Origin: Octopus vulgaris
Taxonomy: Eukaryota
Assembly (NCBI GenBank): GCA_951406725.2
Contig: OX597832.1
Span: forward strand, 68,324,001-68,388,000
Reading direction: 5' to 3'
DNA length: 64,000 nucleotides
How positions within the stretch are numbered: position 1 is the first letter of the stretch; each line of letters opens with the position of its first letter. The notes under the pieces were generated by a model that was not told the DNA's origin, searched no databases, and saw nothing but the letters and a program-made list of their open reading frames with translations. Positions 23,141-36,607 of this stretch are shown piece by piece. The translations under genes and the position numbers were made by a program.

Positions 23141-25314
23141 TCATTCCAGCACACGATCTCAGATCAGGTCACTTGCTATGCAAGTACATATCCTTAAGAT
23201 ATACACACACACACACACACACATACACACATATATATATACATGAATAATATAACATGAGGATGGAAAATATGAAGCTTTGGTAACAAATTCTGACATC
23301 CGTTTCGGCACCAGACACCAGCTCCAAGTTGCTGAGTTTACATATCATTGTGCTTGATTGCATTCCACCTGAGGAAGCATCCTCATTCAGCTGTTATTGA
23401 CAACATTTGATTATGTAGTAATTCTAAGAATAATCTGATATAATGGTATATGTATATAAACTCAAAAACTTAAGGTCAGTTTCTGGTGCAGAAACAAATG
23501 TTGCGGTTGCTTTTATGGCCTTATAGTTTACATCTTTAGTATCAAAGTTCCACATGCTTATCCAGCCTTGGAAAATACCCTGTTGTAGAATGACATGTGG
23601 TAGCCAATAAAGGTATAACAGTCCTTAAAGTCACATTACGATGTTATTACTGTAATTATACTAAATATATGTGCAGACAATGCTGTGTGGTAAGAAGTTT
23701 GCTTCCAAACCACATGGCTGATATTGACAATACATAGAATAATATCTTGAACACTCTGTAACTTAATGTTTTAGAAAAGTCTGTCTGTCGTTCTCCCTTT
23801 CTCTCTTTCTTCCATATTCTTCCTCTTTCTTTCTCACGTCATTATGTTTATTTCGTCTGACATGGTAATTTTGTTTTATTTCAATTGATCAATTAAAATA
23901 ATGACAGCACAGCTTCAATTTGAAATACTGGCCTGGAATACATTCACCTTCTTCAATGTTGGGGCACACTATGACTCACCCATTAACAGGAAAACATCTA
24001 GGTCATTATCTGCATGTGTGTTTGCATAATGTACAGTATTACAGATCCATTTCAGCCAATTTTGCCAATCACTTATGCACACACGCATGTGTTACATGAA
24101 CAGATGATATACAAACTATAGTGGACACTACTTTCTCTCTCCTGCCAGATGCATGTCAAACCGTCCAACCCAAGCCAGAATGGAAAATGGACGTTAACGA
24201 TGATGGTGATAGTGATGATGGTGATGATGATGAACACACTCACACAGAGTAAAAGACCTTTTGTCCAGCTTCCAGAAACCAGGAATATTGTAACCTACAT
24301 TGGTTAGAGAGACCTCATTTACAAAGGTGATTAATAAGCATATGGATAGTGATTAATTTGCATATGCTAAGGATAGTTTTGTTCATTACTTATTTTAAGT
24401 GGATTGACAGAGATTAAATCTATTAAGCTTTCCAAGTGTATTTATAAATAAAACAAAAGACCTGAATATTTTTCTCATCAAAAATAAAATATCTACATAC
24501 ATTTGATAATAGAACTACATGGATGAGCTTCATGAGGACACAGCTTGGATGACAATATATGTGTGTACATACACATACACACACACATATATTAAGTGGT
24601 AAAGCTTCAACATGTAGAATAACACTAGATCAATGAGGAGAGTAAAGATGCTATAATTGAAGTGACAAGTCTTGTGAAATACAGCTGTCCAGGTTTTCAT
24701 GGCCAAAACAATGATTTATTTTGCCATTTTACAAACTGTGAACAAGACAGTTTATCAGTTGCTTTGAAAGCAGATGACATCTGAGCAAGGAATGCTGATA
24801 AGGAAGAAGATAGAAAGAAAAACACAGGTGAGACAATGTTACAACAAACATTTCAAAAACAGTAAACAAGTTATTAATTGTTTACGATGTGTCTGATGGC
24901 TTGGTTAAGATTTCCACCATTTCATATTTCGTAAAATGCAGAGATAAAGAAAAATATCTCGTTCCTGGGATTTATGTAGCTGTTGGAGGAGGCCCTTAAG
25001 TTCTTTAAGAGATAAAGTTTCTTGGGAGAACATTTAGAACATCTTTAATATTTATACAATGTTTGGTTTGGAAAGTATTTTCTGTTTGATGCTGTCACTG
25101 ATCCTCTCATCTTTCAGATTCCAGATTTTTTTTGTTTACAACTGCATTTCAAATTTAGAAGTACAAAACTTTTGTAAAAATTAAGTGATATTAATATAAA
25201 TGAAAATCTTTGAGCTATAACTGATGTAATAGAGAGATTAAAAGAAATGTTTTCATCATTAATGATTATGTTCATTCATTTTATAATTTCATAAACTTTT
25301 TTATGAGTATGATT

Positions 25315-25445
25315 GATTGCTAGCCACTAAACCTTTTTTATTTTCTCTTTCTGCTTATTTCTGTGTTCCTTTCTGTTGAAGAGCATAGGCTCGAAATGAT
25401 AAAGACTTTCTCACTTCCCGGGCATTAAACTAATACATCCTTGTA
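25315..25445 (+). mobile_element. Third copy of the variant-hammerhead repeat
   Basis: CTTT-CTGTTGA-A-GAGC ATAG GCTC-GAAAT-GAT-AAAG at 25369-25404. Confidence 0.6.
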
Positions 25446-25479
25446 TTTGTGTCTGAAGATCATAAGGCCCTGAGGTGGA

Positions 25480-25850
25480 TCTCTCCAACTACCTGTTCTC
25501 CTTCCAGGTTAATAACAATCCTATTTTGTGGTCGTTCTCCATGGAGAAGGGGAAAATTAGTCGGAGACAGATAAATCCTTACTCAGCAGCAGGTCAAGAT
25601 AGCCCTAGCGTTTGTGAGGTTAAGTCTATGGACCCCTGCATCCTCGCCAACATGTGTAACTGCATGTTGCTGGCTGGGAAGGTTCATGACATCCTGAAGT
25701 GTGGTAAGTCCATCCATATACCCAAGAGAGCAGATGATCCTATTGATATCACCTGTTGGCAACCTTTGGCGATATGTTCTGTAGTATATTGTCTGTTTTC
25801 GAAAATGGTCGCCAGAAGAATGCTTCCCCTTAATCCTGCACAAGCTCTCA
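25480..25850 (+). mobile_element. RLE-type LINE (R2/NeSL-like) RT fragment
   Basis: SAAGQD...GKSIHIPK...DPIDITCWQPLAICSVVYCLFSKMVARRM...NPAQ resembles RT domains 0-2 (SAPGPD, IPK, WRPI, QRGF). Confidence 0.7.
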
Positions 25851-27384
25851 GGTGGTTAGGCAAACCAATCCTTGAACAACAGACTGTGGCTCACTTGGGC
25901 CAAAAATATAGGCATTGGTCAGATAAGGGTCATGGCAATGATGCTTTACCTTGGCATTTATCATCTGTTCCTCTAGCCTCTTTAGAATTGCTTGCAGTGT
26001 TCTGAATGCAGCCTTGCATGAGTAGAAATTTAAATTTCTGTTGTCAGGCTCTGGTTCGGTAGTTATAGGGCTTTTGAGTAGTGTGGAACTACCTTCCAGT
26101 CACTATTGTTCCTGGAGTATTAACACTTTTCAAGATTCTGGGCATGGCTTAATTGGCATGTTATGGAAGCAAAGTTTATAAGTGCCTTGGGAAAGGAAAA
26201 GGCCTGGGGAGTTAACCTTGGCTGCAAAACAGGAATCAAAGTCTCTCCAGTGGTTCAGTGCCCTCTTTGGTACCCTTCTGGTAACGTCAGAGTCTGTGGA
26301 ACTCTCAAGCCCTGTTAATTAATTCACACAGGAGGCCATTCCAGTGTAAAATCTGCAGCTTGCTGGTCATTGCAGCCATCTTGGCTCACTGAGTTACTGT
26401 GGTCAGACGTCCAAATCTAATGAGCAAAATGATATGACTATAAACATTCTTGTTTAAATATATCATCATAATCATTCCTCTTATCAAGAATTAAGACAAA
26501 ACTTTAGACATCCACCAAAAGAAACTCAAGAATCCAATCAGATTTGAGCAAAGAGACTCCAGAGAGCAACACTTGGATTATTTAATAAAATCTATGATAA
26601 AAAAAAGGACAGTGCACTTGCCATGAGGAGTAGAAAAATCCAACGTTTTGGAAAGAGTTCTTTTTCAATATTGCCCAAGGAAGGATTCTGTTGGAGACGT
26701 CGGCTTTGCACACTCCACAGCAAGTTTACTGTTTGCATTTTGCTGGTTTTACTAAAATCAGATTTGATTCTCAGTCTTAAGTTGCTCCCCCACCCCTTAA
26801 GGTTCTAATAGTTTTTGATAGAACACAAAATACAACAACCATTCTGATTCCTTAGAATTAAGATATGAAACATTTCTCAATCATATTTCTGATCAAACAT
26901 AACATCTGTGTCTTTGAATTAATTTACAAACTATATTAAAATTATTCTGTTGTAAATGAAAAAAATATCTAGAGAAATGTAGTATAATACCTAATTTTTT
27001 GTTTTTCATTGATTGCTGTATTGATCAGTTCATTTGTAACATAATTAATCAAAAAGAAAAATTAAAAGAAAAAATTATAATTGAAGGTTTTGATTGAAAT
27101 ATTAACGTTTTTAAAAGGAATGGTTTTCTTCCATAGAACAACCAGACATAGTTTCAGGTGGGTTATTAACCAAATGGTCAATTAAATAAATAAATTGGTT
27201 TTATATCAGAGCATGACATGATCAGGTGTAATAATGTGTTATATATATATATATATACATAAGCATATATACACACATATACACTCACAGACTGCAGCTG
27301 CATGGCTAAAATGCTTAGAATGCATACATACATATATATGTGTATGTGCGTGTGTGTGTGTGTAATATATATATGTATGTTCAT

Positions 27385-28058
27385 ATGATGGTCTGCTCAA
27401 AAGCTCTTATGCTGACCGTAATACACTCGTAGTATGTAACCAAATGAGGTTTATTTTTCAACAAAGTCTCGCTTGCGGTCCACACACTTCTTCTGTCAGT
27501 GTTGCATTGCTTGGATCCCATTGGTGAAGAAGCTTTCATCCTGTTGGTCACAAAAGTCATCAACAACTGATATGATGCCATCATCACTGTGATACTGGTT
27601 CCCAACCAAGTTTTTAGTCATGTTGGGAAACAGATGATTGTCAAATGTGGTCAAACCAGGAGAATGAAGAGAGTGATCAACCAGTTCCAAGCTACAGCTA
27701 TTGAAAGCAAGGAATCGTATGCTGGAGGACTGGCATCATGAAACAATCCTCCTTTCATCAGTTTGTCTGACTTTGTAGGCTTTTCTCAGCAAGATGGCAC
27801 AGTACTCTCCATCGTTAGTGTGGCCCTTTTGAAGATAGTCAATAAACGCAATGCCTTTTGCATTCCCAATTTTTGTCCATATCCAAGAGAAGTTGCTATT
27901 AGTTACATTTGAAGTCTCCTTTGAACAGTCAGATGTCATTTTACCTAAAGAGAAACATTTCAGTTATTAATAGGGTGATTTGAAATTAATGCAATCAAGA
28001 TTTCACATCTCTAGCATCACTCATTCATAGTCAGCCTATGAGCTTTGCAACCTACCCC
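27385..28058 (-). mobile_element. Mariner element (irritans/Himar1-like), internally deleted
   Basis: AKGIAFIDYLQKGHTNDGEY..., HSPGLTTFDNHLFPNM..., QDESFFTNGIQAMQH; degenerate TIR AAAGCTC.TA.GCTGAC at both ends. Confidence 0.8.
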
Positions 28059-28699
28059 CATATATATAAACACACACGCACACACATACATGTGTGTTTT
28101 GTTATAATTAACATAATTTCTTTCATGTCAATATTAATGAACCCATTTCAAGCACTGTGTTTATTGTCTCTTTTCTAAGAATGATTTTTTCTCTGTATAA
28201 CTAGAAAATGCTGTTTCCCTATAAAATATTCATCAGTCTTCCTTTCATGGAAATGCCATTGCACCTGATTTATTTAATCACAGAGAAATTTCTCCAACCA
28301 AATCATGCTTAATCTTAAACACAGTCTCCCTCGAGCATCTTCTTTTCTTTTATAGTCACCTGATTACTTCTCGATTACTTTTTTCATCCTAACGTTATTC
28401 CACACAAGCGAATAATGGTAGTTGTGTGCTAAAATTAGCTGTCAAATCATTTCCTTTCCATCAGAACTTAGCATATGGTAAAATGATTGGAACACATTTG
28501 AGAAAGCAGTCCTAAAATCAATGTCTATAAACATGAATGTGATGGCCATATTTGGAATGTTTTTAGTGAGAGGTTTGCCACTATCTTTTATTTATTATTT
28601 ACTCAACTGGGTCACTTTCCATATAAATGGGATTAATATCAATGCATGCTCTTCAATGTGGATCATCATCCACTCAGATCACTTTATAACAAAAACATT

Positions 28700-29095
28700 A
28701 TTATTATTATTATTATTACTATTATTATTATCATTATAATTCTTAGTTTTTCTTCTTTCAATTTTGTATCCATTTCTTGCTGAAGGCCCTCCTGACTCCT
28801 AGAGCAAAGAAACTCAAGTATATATGTCATTAAACAAAACACACCAGATTATTAATTTTGAAAATGAAATGAAGTTATGTGAAAAAAACTATGGAAAAAA
28901 TATTTTAATTTTAAAATTTGAATATATGGGTGGTAATTGTTCTTGCATTGAGAAAACGTTTTTAATATGTGTGATGCAACAGTGTAAACCATCTTTTGCT
29001 CTTATTATCATTATTATTATTATTGGCATCTTTCAATTATGTTTCCATTTTTTGCCAAGTGTCTCCCTGACACCTAGAGCAGAGAAACGTACTGT
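28700..29095 (-). mobile_element. Two short LINE 3' tails each abutting (TTA)n (R4/Dong-like)
   Basis: 28756-28820 and 29031-29088 are similar (CCATTT.TTGC...CCTGAC.CCTAGAGCA.AGAAAC), each next to a TTA repeat; family assignment inferred from context. Confidence 0.45.
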
Positions 29096-29359
29096 ATATA
29101 TTGGTCAGCCATTAAAATAAATACACCAGATAGTTCATTTACAAAGGCAGATGATAGAGAAAAGGGGGAAAAAAGACAGAGAGAAAAAGGGGAAAATGAA
29201 AACTAAAAAAGTAACAAAGAAAACAAAAGAAAGAAAATTCACAGCGACAATATGTGTGACCAGTTACCAGTTAAGACAACATTTTGCACTTCTTGCATGG
29301 ATGGTATACCAGGGATCATTCTTAAATAATTTTCAGTTCTTTTTTTTATCATTCCAAGT

Positions 29360-29880
29360 GCTCCTACAATCACTGGTATTGTAATCATCTTGAGATGCTA
29401 CATCTGTTCGATTAGCAAATCTTTATATTTTCTGAGCTTATCAAATTCTTTTGCTGAGATATTATGGTCACAGGGTATGCTCATGTCAATCAATAAACAG
29501 ACTTCATTGCTTTTGGCTTATTTGCTTTGATGGCCTGATCTGTATATACTGGGAAGCCTGAAATAATAGTTAAATTTTCTCCCTCAGTTACAGCCTCAGG
29601 GTGGTGCTTGTACCATTTGTCAGTAGTTTTGATTTTATAATGCTGACACATTATCCAGTGTAGATATTAGCTAACCCTGTCATGTCTTGATTTGTACTCT
29701 AAGAATAATAAAAGCTTACATCCAGAGATTAGGTGGTCCACTGTTTCAATCCCATCGTTGCAATATCAGCACTTTGAGTCAACACCAATTTTCATCACAT
29801 TGGCTTGATAGTTCTGGTGAATAAGTTCTGATCATGGGTAGCCAAGATAAAGCTTTCACTCTTAGCTTTTAGCCTTGAGC
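29360..29880 (-). mobile_element. R4/Dong-clade LINE fragment (zinc knuckle to RLE)
   Basis: Minus-strand remnants RHDRV..YLHW, WYKHHPEAVTEGE, LLIDMSIPCDHNISAKEFDKLRKYKDLLIE. Confidence 0.75.
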
Positions 29881-31307
29881 TCCGTAGCCACTGATGGGTG
29901 TGCTTCTGTTATTCTTATAATTATTATTATAGACGTCGCAGAGTATGCAATATCATGAGGTTGTTGCTTGAAGATATTGTGTCTCCTGTTTGTCAAGTCT
30001 GTTATTATTCAGCATGTTTTCAGGCTCTTTATGTTCTAAATTAAAAATCCTGCGGAGACTGACTTGTTACACCTTTATTAGCTACCACACGTCATTCTAC
30101 GGCAGGGTATTTTCCAAGGCTGGATAAACATTTGATACTGTAGAGGATTAATATTCAAATAATAAAACATAAGGATGCAAAATATAAACTAAATAGCAGG
30201 CAAGCACAGCATCAATGTAATCCAGTTACCATCTCACTTAAATTTGCTAGCCTTGTTTTAAAATTTGAAACTATCATCATTGCTTTTACTAGTAGTAGAA
30301 GCAAAGCCTGGCAGTTAGGCTTTCGTGAGTGTATGTCATATTTGCTTGAATAAAAATGCTCTCATATGCATATCTGTCAATATATACATACATACATATG
30401 TGTGTGTGTGTGTGTGTGTGTGTGGAAAAATAGAAATGAAGACTGAGAGAGCAAAAGATATATAGATAGAGAAATAGAAAGTAATAGAGTCAGTAAACAA
30501 AGCAGAGAGAGGGGAAGAGAGAGCAGAGAGAGAGGAAGAGAGAGAGAGCATTAAGAGAGAAAAACCATAGAAGAAAAAGGGATATGTATGCAAGACATAT
30601 AATATACTATGTTGCAGTGAATAAAAAATTAATTTTCTGAAATCCTTAATAATAACATTTTTGTAAACATTACTTTGATAGCAAGAATCCTAAAATTTGG
30701 TATTTGTAAGAATCTTCTAAGCACAATAGAGTTTAATAATTGCTTTCTTTTAGTAAAAGAGATATAATCCAAACAAATTGATAAGTAGTTTTGTTTATTA
30801 TAGTATGGATTATTATTGTTGTTGTTGTTGTTGTGTCCATGTAATGTACATGAATATATCTTGCTTGAACTTGCACTCCCTCATTACATTCATGGCTTCA
30901 TTTCATAACATTGCTAATTTGCTTTCAGCTTCTGGAAATAATTTACCACTAATATGCACTCACATCATTTATCAATTGCAGAGTTAGTGAAACTGAAGAA
31001 ATGGCAAGACAAATCTCATTCAAACTGTTCTTCATTTCCAGAAGAATTGAAATCAAATTTAACTTCCACCTAGAACTCAGATGGATTAAAAAGTATTTCT
31101 AAAATGTATTACTAATAATAATTTCTTACAGAATCCAAAGTAGGTTATTTTTATACGTAGCTGTGTGGTAAGAAGCTTGCTTCCCAACCACATGGTTCTA
31201 GGTTCAGTCCACTGCATGGTACTTTGGGCAAGTGTCTTCTACTATAGCATCTGACCAACCAAAGCCTTGTGAGTGGATTTGCTATATGGAACAGAGAGAA
31301 ACCCATC

Positions 31308-31338
<31 letters not shown>

Positions 31339-31394
31339 TGTACTTGTTTCAGTCATTTGACTGCGGCCATGCTGGAGCACCGCCTTTAGAGTGG

Positions 31395-31560
31395 TGAAAG
31401 AGTACAGCAGGGATCACCACCATCCCCTGCCGGAGCCTCGTGGAGCTTTTTTTAGGTGTTTTCGCTCAATAAACACACACAACGCCCGGTCTGGGAATCG
31501 AAGCCGCGATCCTCCGACCTCAAGTCCGCTGCCCTAACCACTGGGCCATTGCGCCTCCAT
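31395..31560 (-). mobile_element. Young tRNA-derived SINE (CpG-rich)
   Basis: Minus strand GGAGGCGCAATGGCCCAGTGGTTAGGGCAGCGGAC...GGCTTCGATTCCCAGACCGGGCG with A and B boxes. Confidence 0.8.
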
Positions 31561-31571
31561 ATATGTATGTA

Positions 31572-32622
31572 TCATCATCATCGTTTAACGTCTGCTTTCC
31601 ATGCTGGCATGGGTTGGACAGTTTGACTGAGGATTGGTGAGCTAGAAGGCTGCACCAAGCTCAATCTGATCTGGTAAAGTTTCTACAGCTGGATGCCCTT
31701 CCTAACGCCAACAACTCAGAGCGTGAAGTTGGTGCTTTTACATGCTACCAGCATGGGAGCCAGTCCAGCACCACTGGCAACGACCACACTCCAATGTTGC
31801 TTTTCACGTGCCACTAGCACATATGGCTGTATGGCAATGCTGGCAATGATCATGCTCGAATGGTGCTTTTTACATGCCACCGGCAAGGGAGCCAATCTGT
31901 GGCCCTGGCAACGATCACACTCAGATGTACTTTTAATGTTCCACTGGCACAAGTGCCAATCAGGCAGTACTGTCATTGGCCACATCAGTGATTTTGGTTT
32001 TGATTTCACTTGCCTCAATAGGTGTTCGCAAGCAAAATTTATTGTCCAAGGAATGAGGAGTATTCATAAGTAGGCTGGTTACACCCACTGGCATAGAACC
32101 TGGGCTATGATCTCACTTGGCTTGTCTGGTCTTCTCAAGCACAGCATATCTACAAAGGTCACAGTCACTAGTCATTGCCTTGGTAGGGCTCAATGTTCGA
32201 AGGTCATGCTTCACTACCTCATCCCAGGTTTTCTTGGGTCTACCTCTTCCACAGGTTCCCTCAACCGCTAGGGTGTGACACTTTTTCACACAGCTTTCCT
32301 TATTCTTTCTCAACACATGACAATACCAGTGCAGTCATCTCTCTTGCATACCACATCTGATGCTTCTTAAATCCAACTTTTCTCTCAGGGTGCTTACACT
32401 CTGTCATGTATGCACACTAACATTACACATCCAGTGGAGCATACTGGCTACATTCGTTGCAAGCTTACACATGTCCTCAACAGTTACAGCTCATGTTTCA
32501 CTGCCATGTAGCTTGACTGTTCATACACCTGCGTCATACAGTCTACCTTTTACTCTGAGCGAGAGGCCCTTTGTCACCAGCAGAAGTAGGAGCTCTCTGA
32601 AGTTTGCCCAGGTTATTCTTGT
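31572..32622 (-). mobile_element. RTE-clade LINE 3' end with long 3' UTR
   Basis: KKCHTLAVEGTCGRGRPKKTWDEVVKHDL (RTE C-terminal RGRP..W), continuing into a UTR with tandem units, a Meta-like motif and a (GAT)n tail. Confidence 0.85.
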
Positions 32623-34084
32623 ATGTATATATTGGTGTGTGTTTGTTCCTGCCACCATCACCTGACAACCAGTGTTTGTGTTTTTACGTCCCTGTAACTT
32701 AGCAGTTCAGCAAAAGACACCAATAGAATAAGTACTAGGCTTTGAAAGAATAAGTCCTGAGGTCGATTTGTTCGACTAAAGGTGGTACTCCAGCATGGCT
32801 GCAGTCAAATGATTGAAACAAGTAAAAGAATAAAAGACATTGGATCACTACTAATCATGGAGTTCTATGCTAAAAGATGTTCTACAAGTGACCATCCCAT
32901 CATAATTTTTAAAAACTTTGTATCTAGGAGCACCTTTCTGGTATGCTTTTTCTTTTACTAAAGACATTCTGATATGATTTAGCTACAATTTCTAGCAAAC
33001 ACAAATAGACTTTACTATTGACTGTTTGTGTGGACTTCTGTCCCTTGCTGCATTCTACTTTCCTAATGATAATGGATCAACTATTGAGCAGATATTATCC
33101 AAATTTGAAGTTAAAATTTCATTGATGGCTGTGCTCAGTTTCAACATATCAACTTGTTCCTGCCATGTTGAGAGCTGTCCAACTCCCAGATAATTTGTTT
33201 CTACTAATTACGTAATATAATTACATTACTGGTTAACCAATAGCCTAACAAAATTTTAATAGGCTTTACGTGTAGCAAACATGCTGTGATGTGAGGTTGT
33301 TTGTCAGCAACATAAAACAAATATGCCTGTGCTCCTGTAATCCTCGACTAGAAATATCATATGGTGATAAAATCTCCTGGGTGTCATTAAATTGAACACT
33401 CATTCATCTTCTTTTCTTTCTTGAAGGTTAATATATGGCTCATATATGAACCATTAATCTCCAAGAATTATAAGTTAATGGTTAATATAACACTGAAATT
33501 GGCAATTCATTGCCATAAAACCCTAAATCATATTCTTGTTTTCAATAAATATTCTAACATTTTTCTTTTTTTTTTTCATTTATTTGTACATCATTGGCAA
33601 TGTGTATATGTTTAATCAATGCAATTCATATAAAAATCAAATGAAATTAATATAAAAATACCCATCAAGTATATTCTGTCATAAACTGTGATCGACCAAA
33701 ATCTTGTGTTTGAAATTAAGTAAATAAAACCGTACAAACCCCCTCAAAGTCATTTGATGAGAGATGTGCTTTTCTCTCACGCACCAATCTCATGTCCCTT
33801 GAAAATAACATTGCAACACCCATTTCTCCTCTCACATGACTTGAAAATGGTAAAAAAAAACATTCCTTATAATTGACATAACAGTAAAATGTTGAATATT
33901 AGTTTTTGCAGAATAGCGGTTTTAGTTTCTGTCTTATTTTGTGTAAACCTATGTAAGTAATTAAATTAAGTAATAATCATATTTGGTCAGCAATCAAAAT
34001 TCTGCCAAAGAAATTCGTTGTTGGGATGATTGAAATTGCATGAAAATTGTACTCTATCCATTTATAATTCATAGCATTCGACTC

Positions 34085-34239
<155 letters not shown>

Positions 34240-34754
34240 CAACAAAGAACAAAGTATTGAATGTAAGCTGGAGGAGTAACTTGAAAGACATAAGAAATAC
34301 AAGAATGAGGAAGGAATTGGTAGATTATGGGTGTCTGAAGAACTGTTTGATAAATATAGATAAAATAAAACCCTTGTAAATTAGAACAAAAGAGATAATA
34401 TACTATATAATAGTTTCATGCTTATAAAAATATGGGTGTTTTGATGGTTGAGATTAAGCAATTCATCAAAACGATATAATGAGAGAGAGAGGCATTGATA
34501 AAGCAAAAAAAAGTATTAAGGTAGACACATTCTATGCCCATATCTGAAATCAAATGCATTGTTTTAAAACAAAGACTGAAATAAAAAATATGCTTTTTCC
34601 AAAGATCCAACTGTACTATAAAGGGCCAGTGCTTTGCTAATTTATCTGATGTCAACTGGATGGGAGATGCATCTAATAGGTTTATCTGTAGAAATGATGT
34701 CATTCAAGTGAGGGCAATATTATCAGAAGACTCCCATTCCAATATATATTTATA

Positions 34755-35193
34755 TATATATTTAAATAATGAGGGAGATAAATTGAATACTAATTTAATT
34801 AATATCAATTTAAAACCAGTAGCCTAGCATATATAAAAAAATTTGAAAAATCACAAATAATTTCAATACATGTGTATATTTAGGGATAAACCACTAGGTG
34901 GATAACCAATATGCTAGAAGAAGATCACATACGATCTAACTACAAAGAAAAGAAGGTTCTCCAGAGAAATTCAGCAAACACCAGAACATAAGCAGGCAAG
35001 CCAGATGAAAATTATATAAAAACCAAGAATTAGTCGTATACCGGTTTCGTCTATTACTGATAAATTACTTATGTAATTTTTCATCTGCGGACTCGTCAGT
35101 ATGAGTCTCTGGAGAACATTCTTTTCTTTGTAGTTAGATCGTATGTGATCTTCGTCTAGCATATTGGTTATCCATCTAGTGGTTTATCCCTAA

Positions 35194-35202
<9 letters not shown>
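34755..35202. mobile_element. Penelope pLTR-like unit with 97-bp inverted repeat
   Basis: Arms 34871-34967 and 35106-35202 are near-perfect reverse complements; a hammerhead lies between them. Confidence 0.75.
35034..35104 (-). ncRNA. Minimal type-I hammerhead ribozyme (intact core)
   Basis: TCATA-CTGACGA-GTC...GAC-GAAAC-CG-GTA-TACGA: canonical core, G10.1-C11.1, palindromic ACCGGT stem III, GUA triplet, one mismatch in stem I. Confidence 0.7.
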
Positions 35203-35254
<52 letters not shown>

Positions 35255-35482
35255 CCCCGACACACACACACTTCTAAATCAATCAAGATATTCTAGAAAG
35301 TATTCAGAGAAAACATATTTGAACAGAATGACCACTTTAGTGCTTTGGAACACAGTTTGATCAAATAAAGTAATCTTGTTTATGTATCCAAGGAGGCTTC
35401 ACATTACCACATAAATCATCATCATCATCATTATTATTATTATTATTATAATTATTATTAGTAGTAGTAGTAGTAGTAGTAG

Positions 35483-35945
35483 TCTCTTTTAATCTGCATG
35501 TTTGTTACAGTCACTTGCTGAGACAAACCCATGGTCCTGGGGCGAGTGAAGGATAAGAGATGTTACAGTATGACTGAAAGTTTGGGGAGTGGAAGCAGCA
35601 AAATATCTTCATGTATTACAACACAGACATTTAAATAGATAAGATTTTCCTTAGGATGTGGGCAGTACTTTTTAGTACAATCTTTTGGATTTCTCTGAGA
35701 CATGGTTCTCCTGGGATATTATCGAACTGTTTCTGACATTCCTCTTTTTAATCATACCTAGGGTACCTACAATAAAGAAACAGTTCTCGCCTTATGATGC
35801 CACATCATTTGTATTTCAATTCCCAGCTCCTTATATTTACTTAATTTGTCAAATTGCTTGACAGATACCTTTTTATCAGTGGGAATCCTTACAAGCATTT
35901 TCTTCCCTGTCTTTAATGATTATATCTGGTCGATAAGCTTGGATC

Positions 35946-35946
<1 letters not shown>
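35483..35946 (-). mobile_element. R4/Dong-clade LINE 3' end (RLE)
   Basis: IQAYRPDIIIKD...KLSKYKELGIEIQMMW...IVGTLGMIK...EIQKIVLKSTAHILRKILS; bounded by (TAG/TTA)n and (TAT)n. Confidence 0.8.
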
Positions 35947-35989
<43 letters not shown>

Positions 35990-35996
35990 TATTATT

Positions 35997-36261
35997 GAGT
36001 GAGAGAGCAGTTCATGCCATCAAAGTGACACTGGGGTAAAATATACGAAGCCCAATATACCCATCATGACTACCCATCTGATAAGGGTACACCAGGCACA
36101 TGCATCACAACCATATGTGCACGACATGGTGATCTCATAAATAGATAAACAGCACATGACCTTACAGCCCTTCTTTTATACAAAACAATGTACATGATAA
36201 CACTTCCAATCAGTTAAGATCAGAAGCCATGAGAGCCACTGCCTGGTACTGCATCAGGGCA

Positions 36262-36262
<1 letters not shown>
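35997..36262. repeat. Unclassified interspersed repeat
   Basis: GACTACCCATCTGATAAGGGTACACCAGGCACATGCATCACAACCATATG recurs inverted at 48283-48405 and direct at 48455-48850. Confidence 0.7.
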
Positions 36263-36305
<43 letters not shown>

Positions 36306-36565
36306 GGTGTAGTTGTAGCTGTAGTTGTTGTTGTTGTTATTATCAATGCATTGATCTGGCAGAATCATTAGCATACTGGCCAAAGAGCTTAGTGACATTT
36401 TGTCTGTCTTTACGTTCAAATTCCACTAAGGTCAACTTTGCCTTTCATCCTTTTAGGGTGCATAAAATAAAAACCAGTTGAAGACTGAGATTGATGTAAT
36501 TAACTTACCGCTTCCTTGAAATTTCTGGTTGTGCCGAAATTTTAAATCATTATTATTATTATTAC

Positions 36566-36607
<42 letters not shown>

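Larger units (their letters stand above)
31155..32838 (+). mobile_element. Composite SINE split by nested insertions
   Basis: Head 31155-31308 and tail 32640-32838 of the 14280-14720 family are separated by other elements. Confidence 0.7.
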
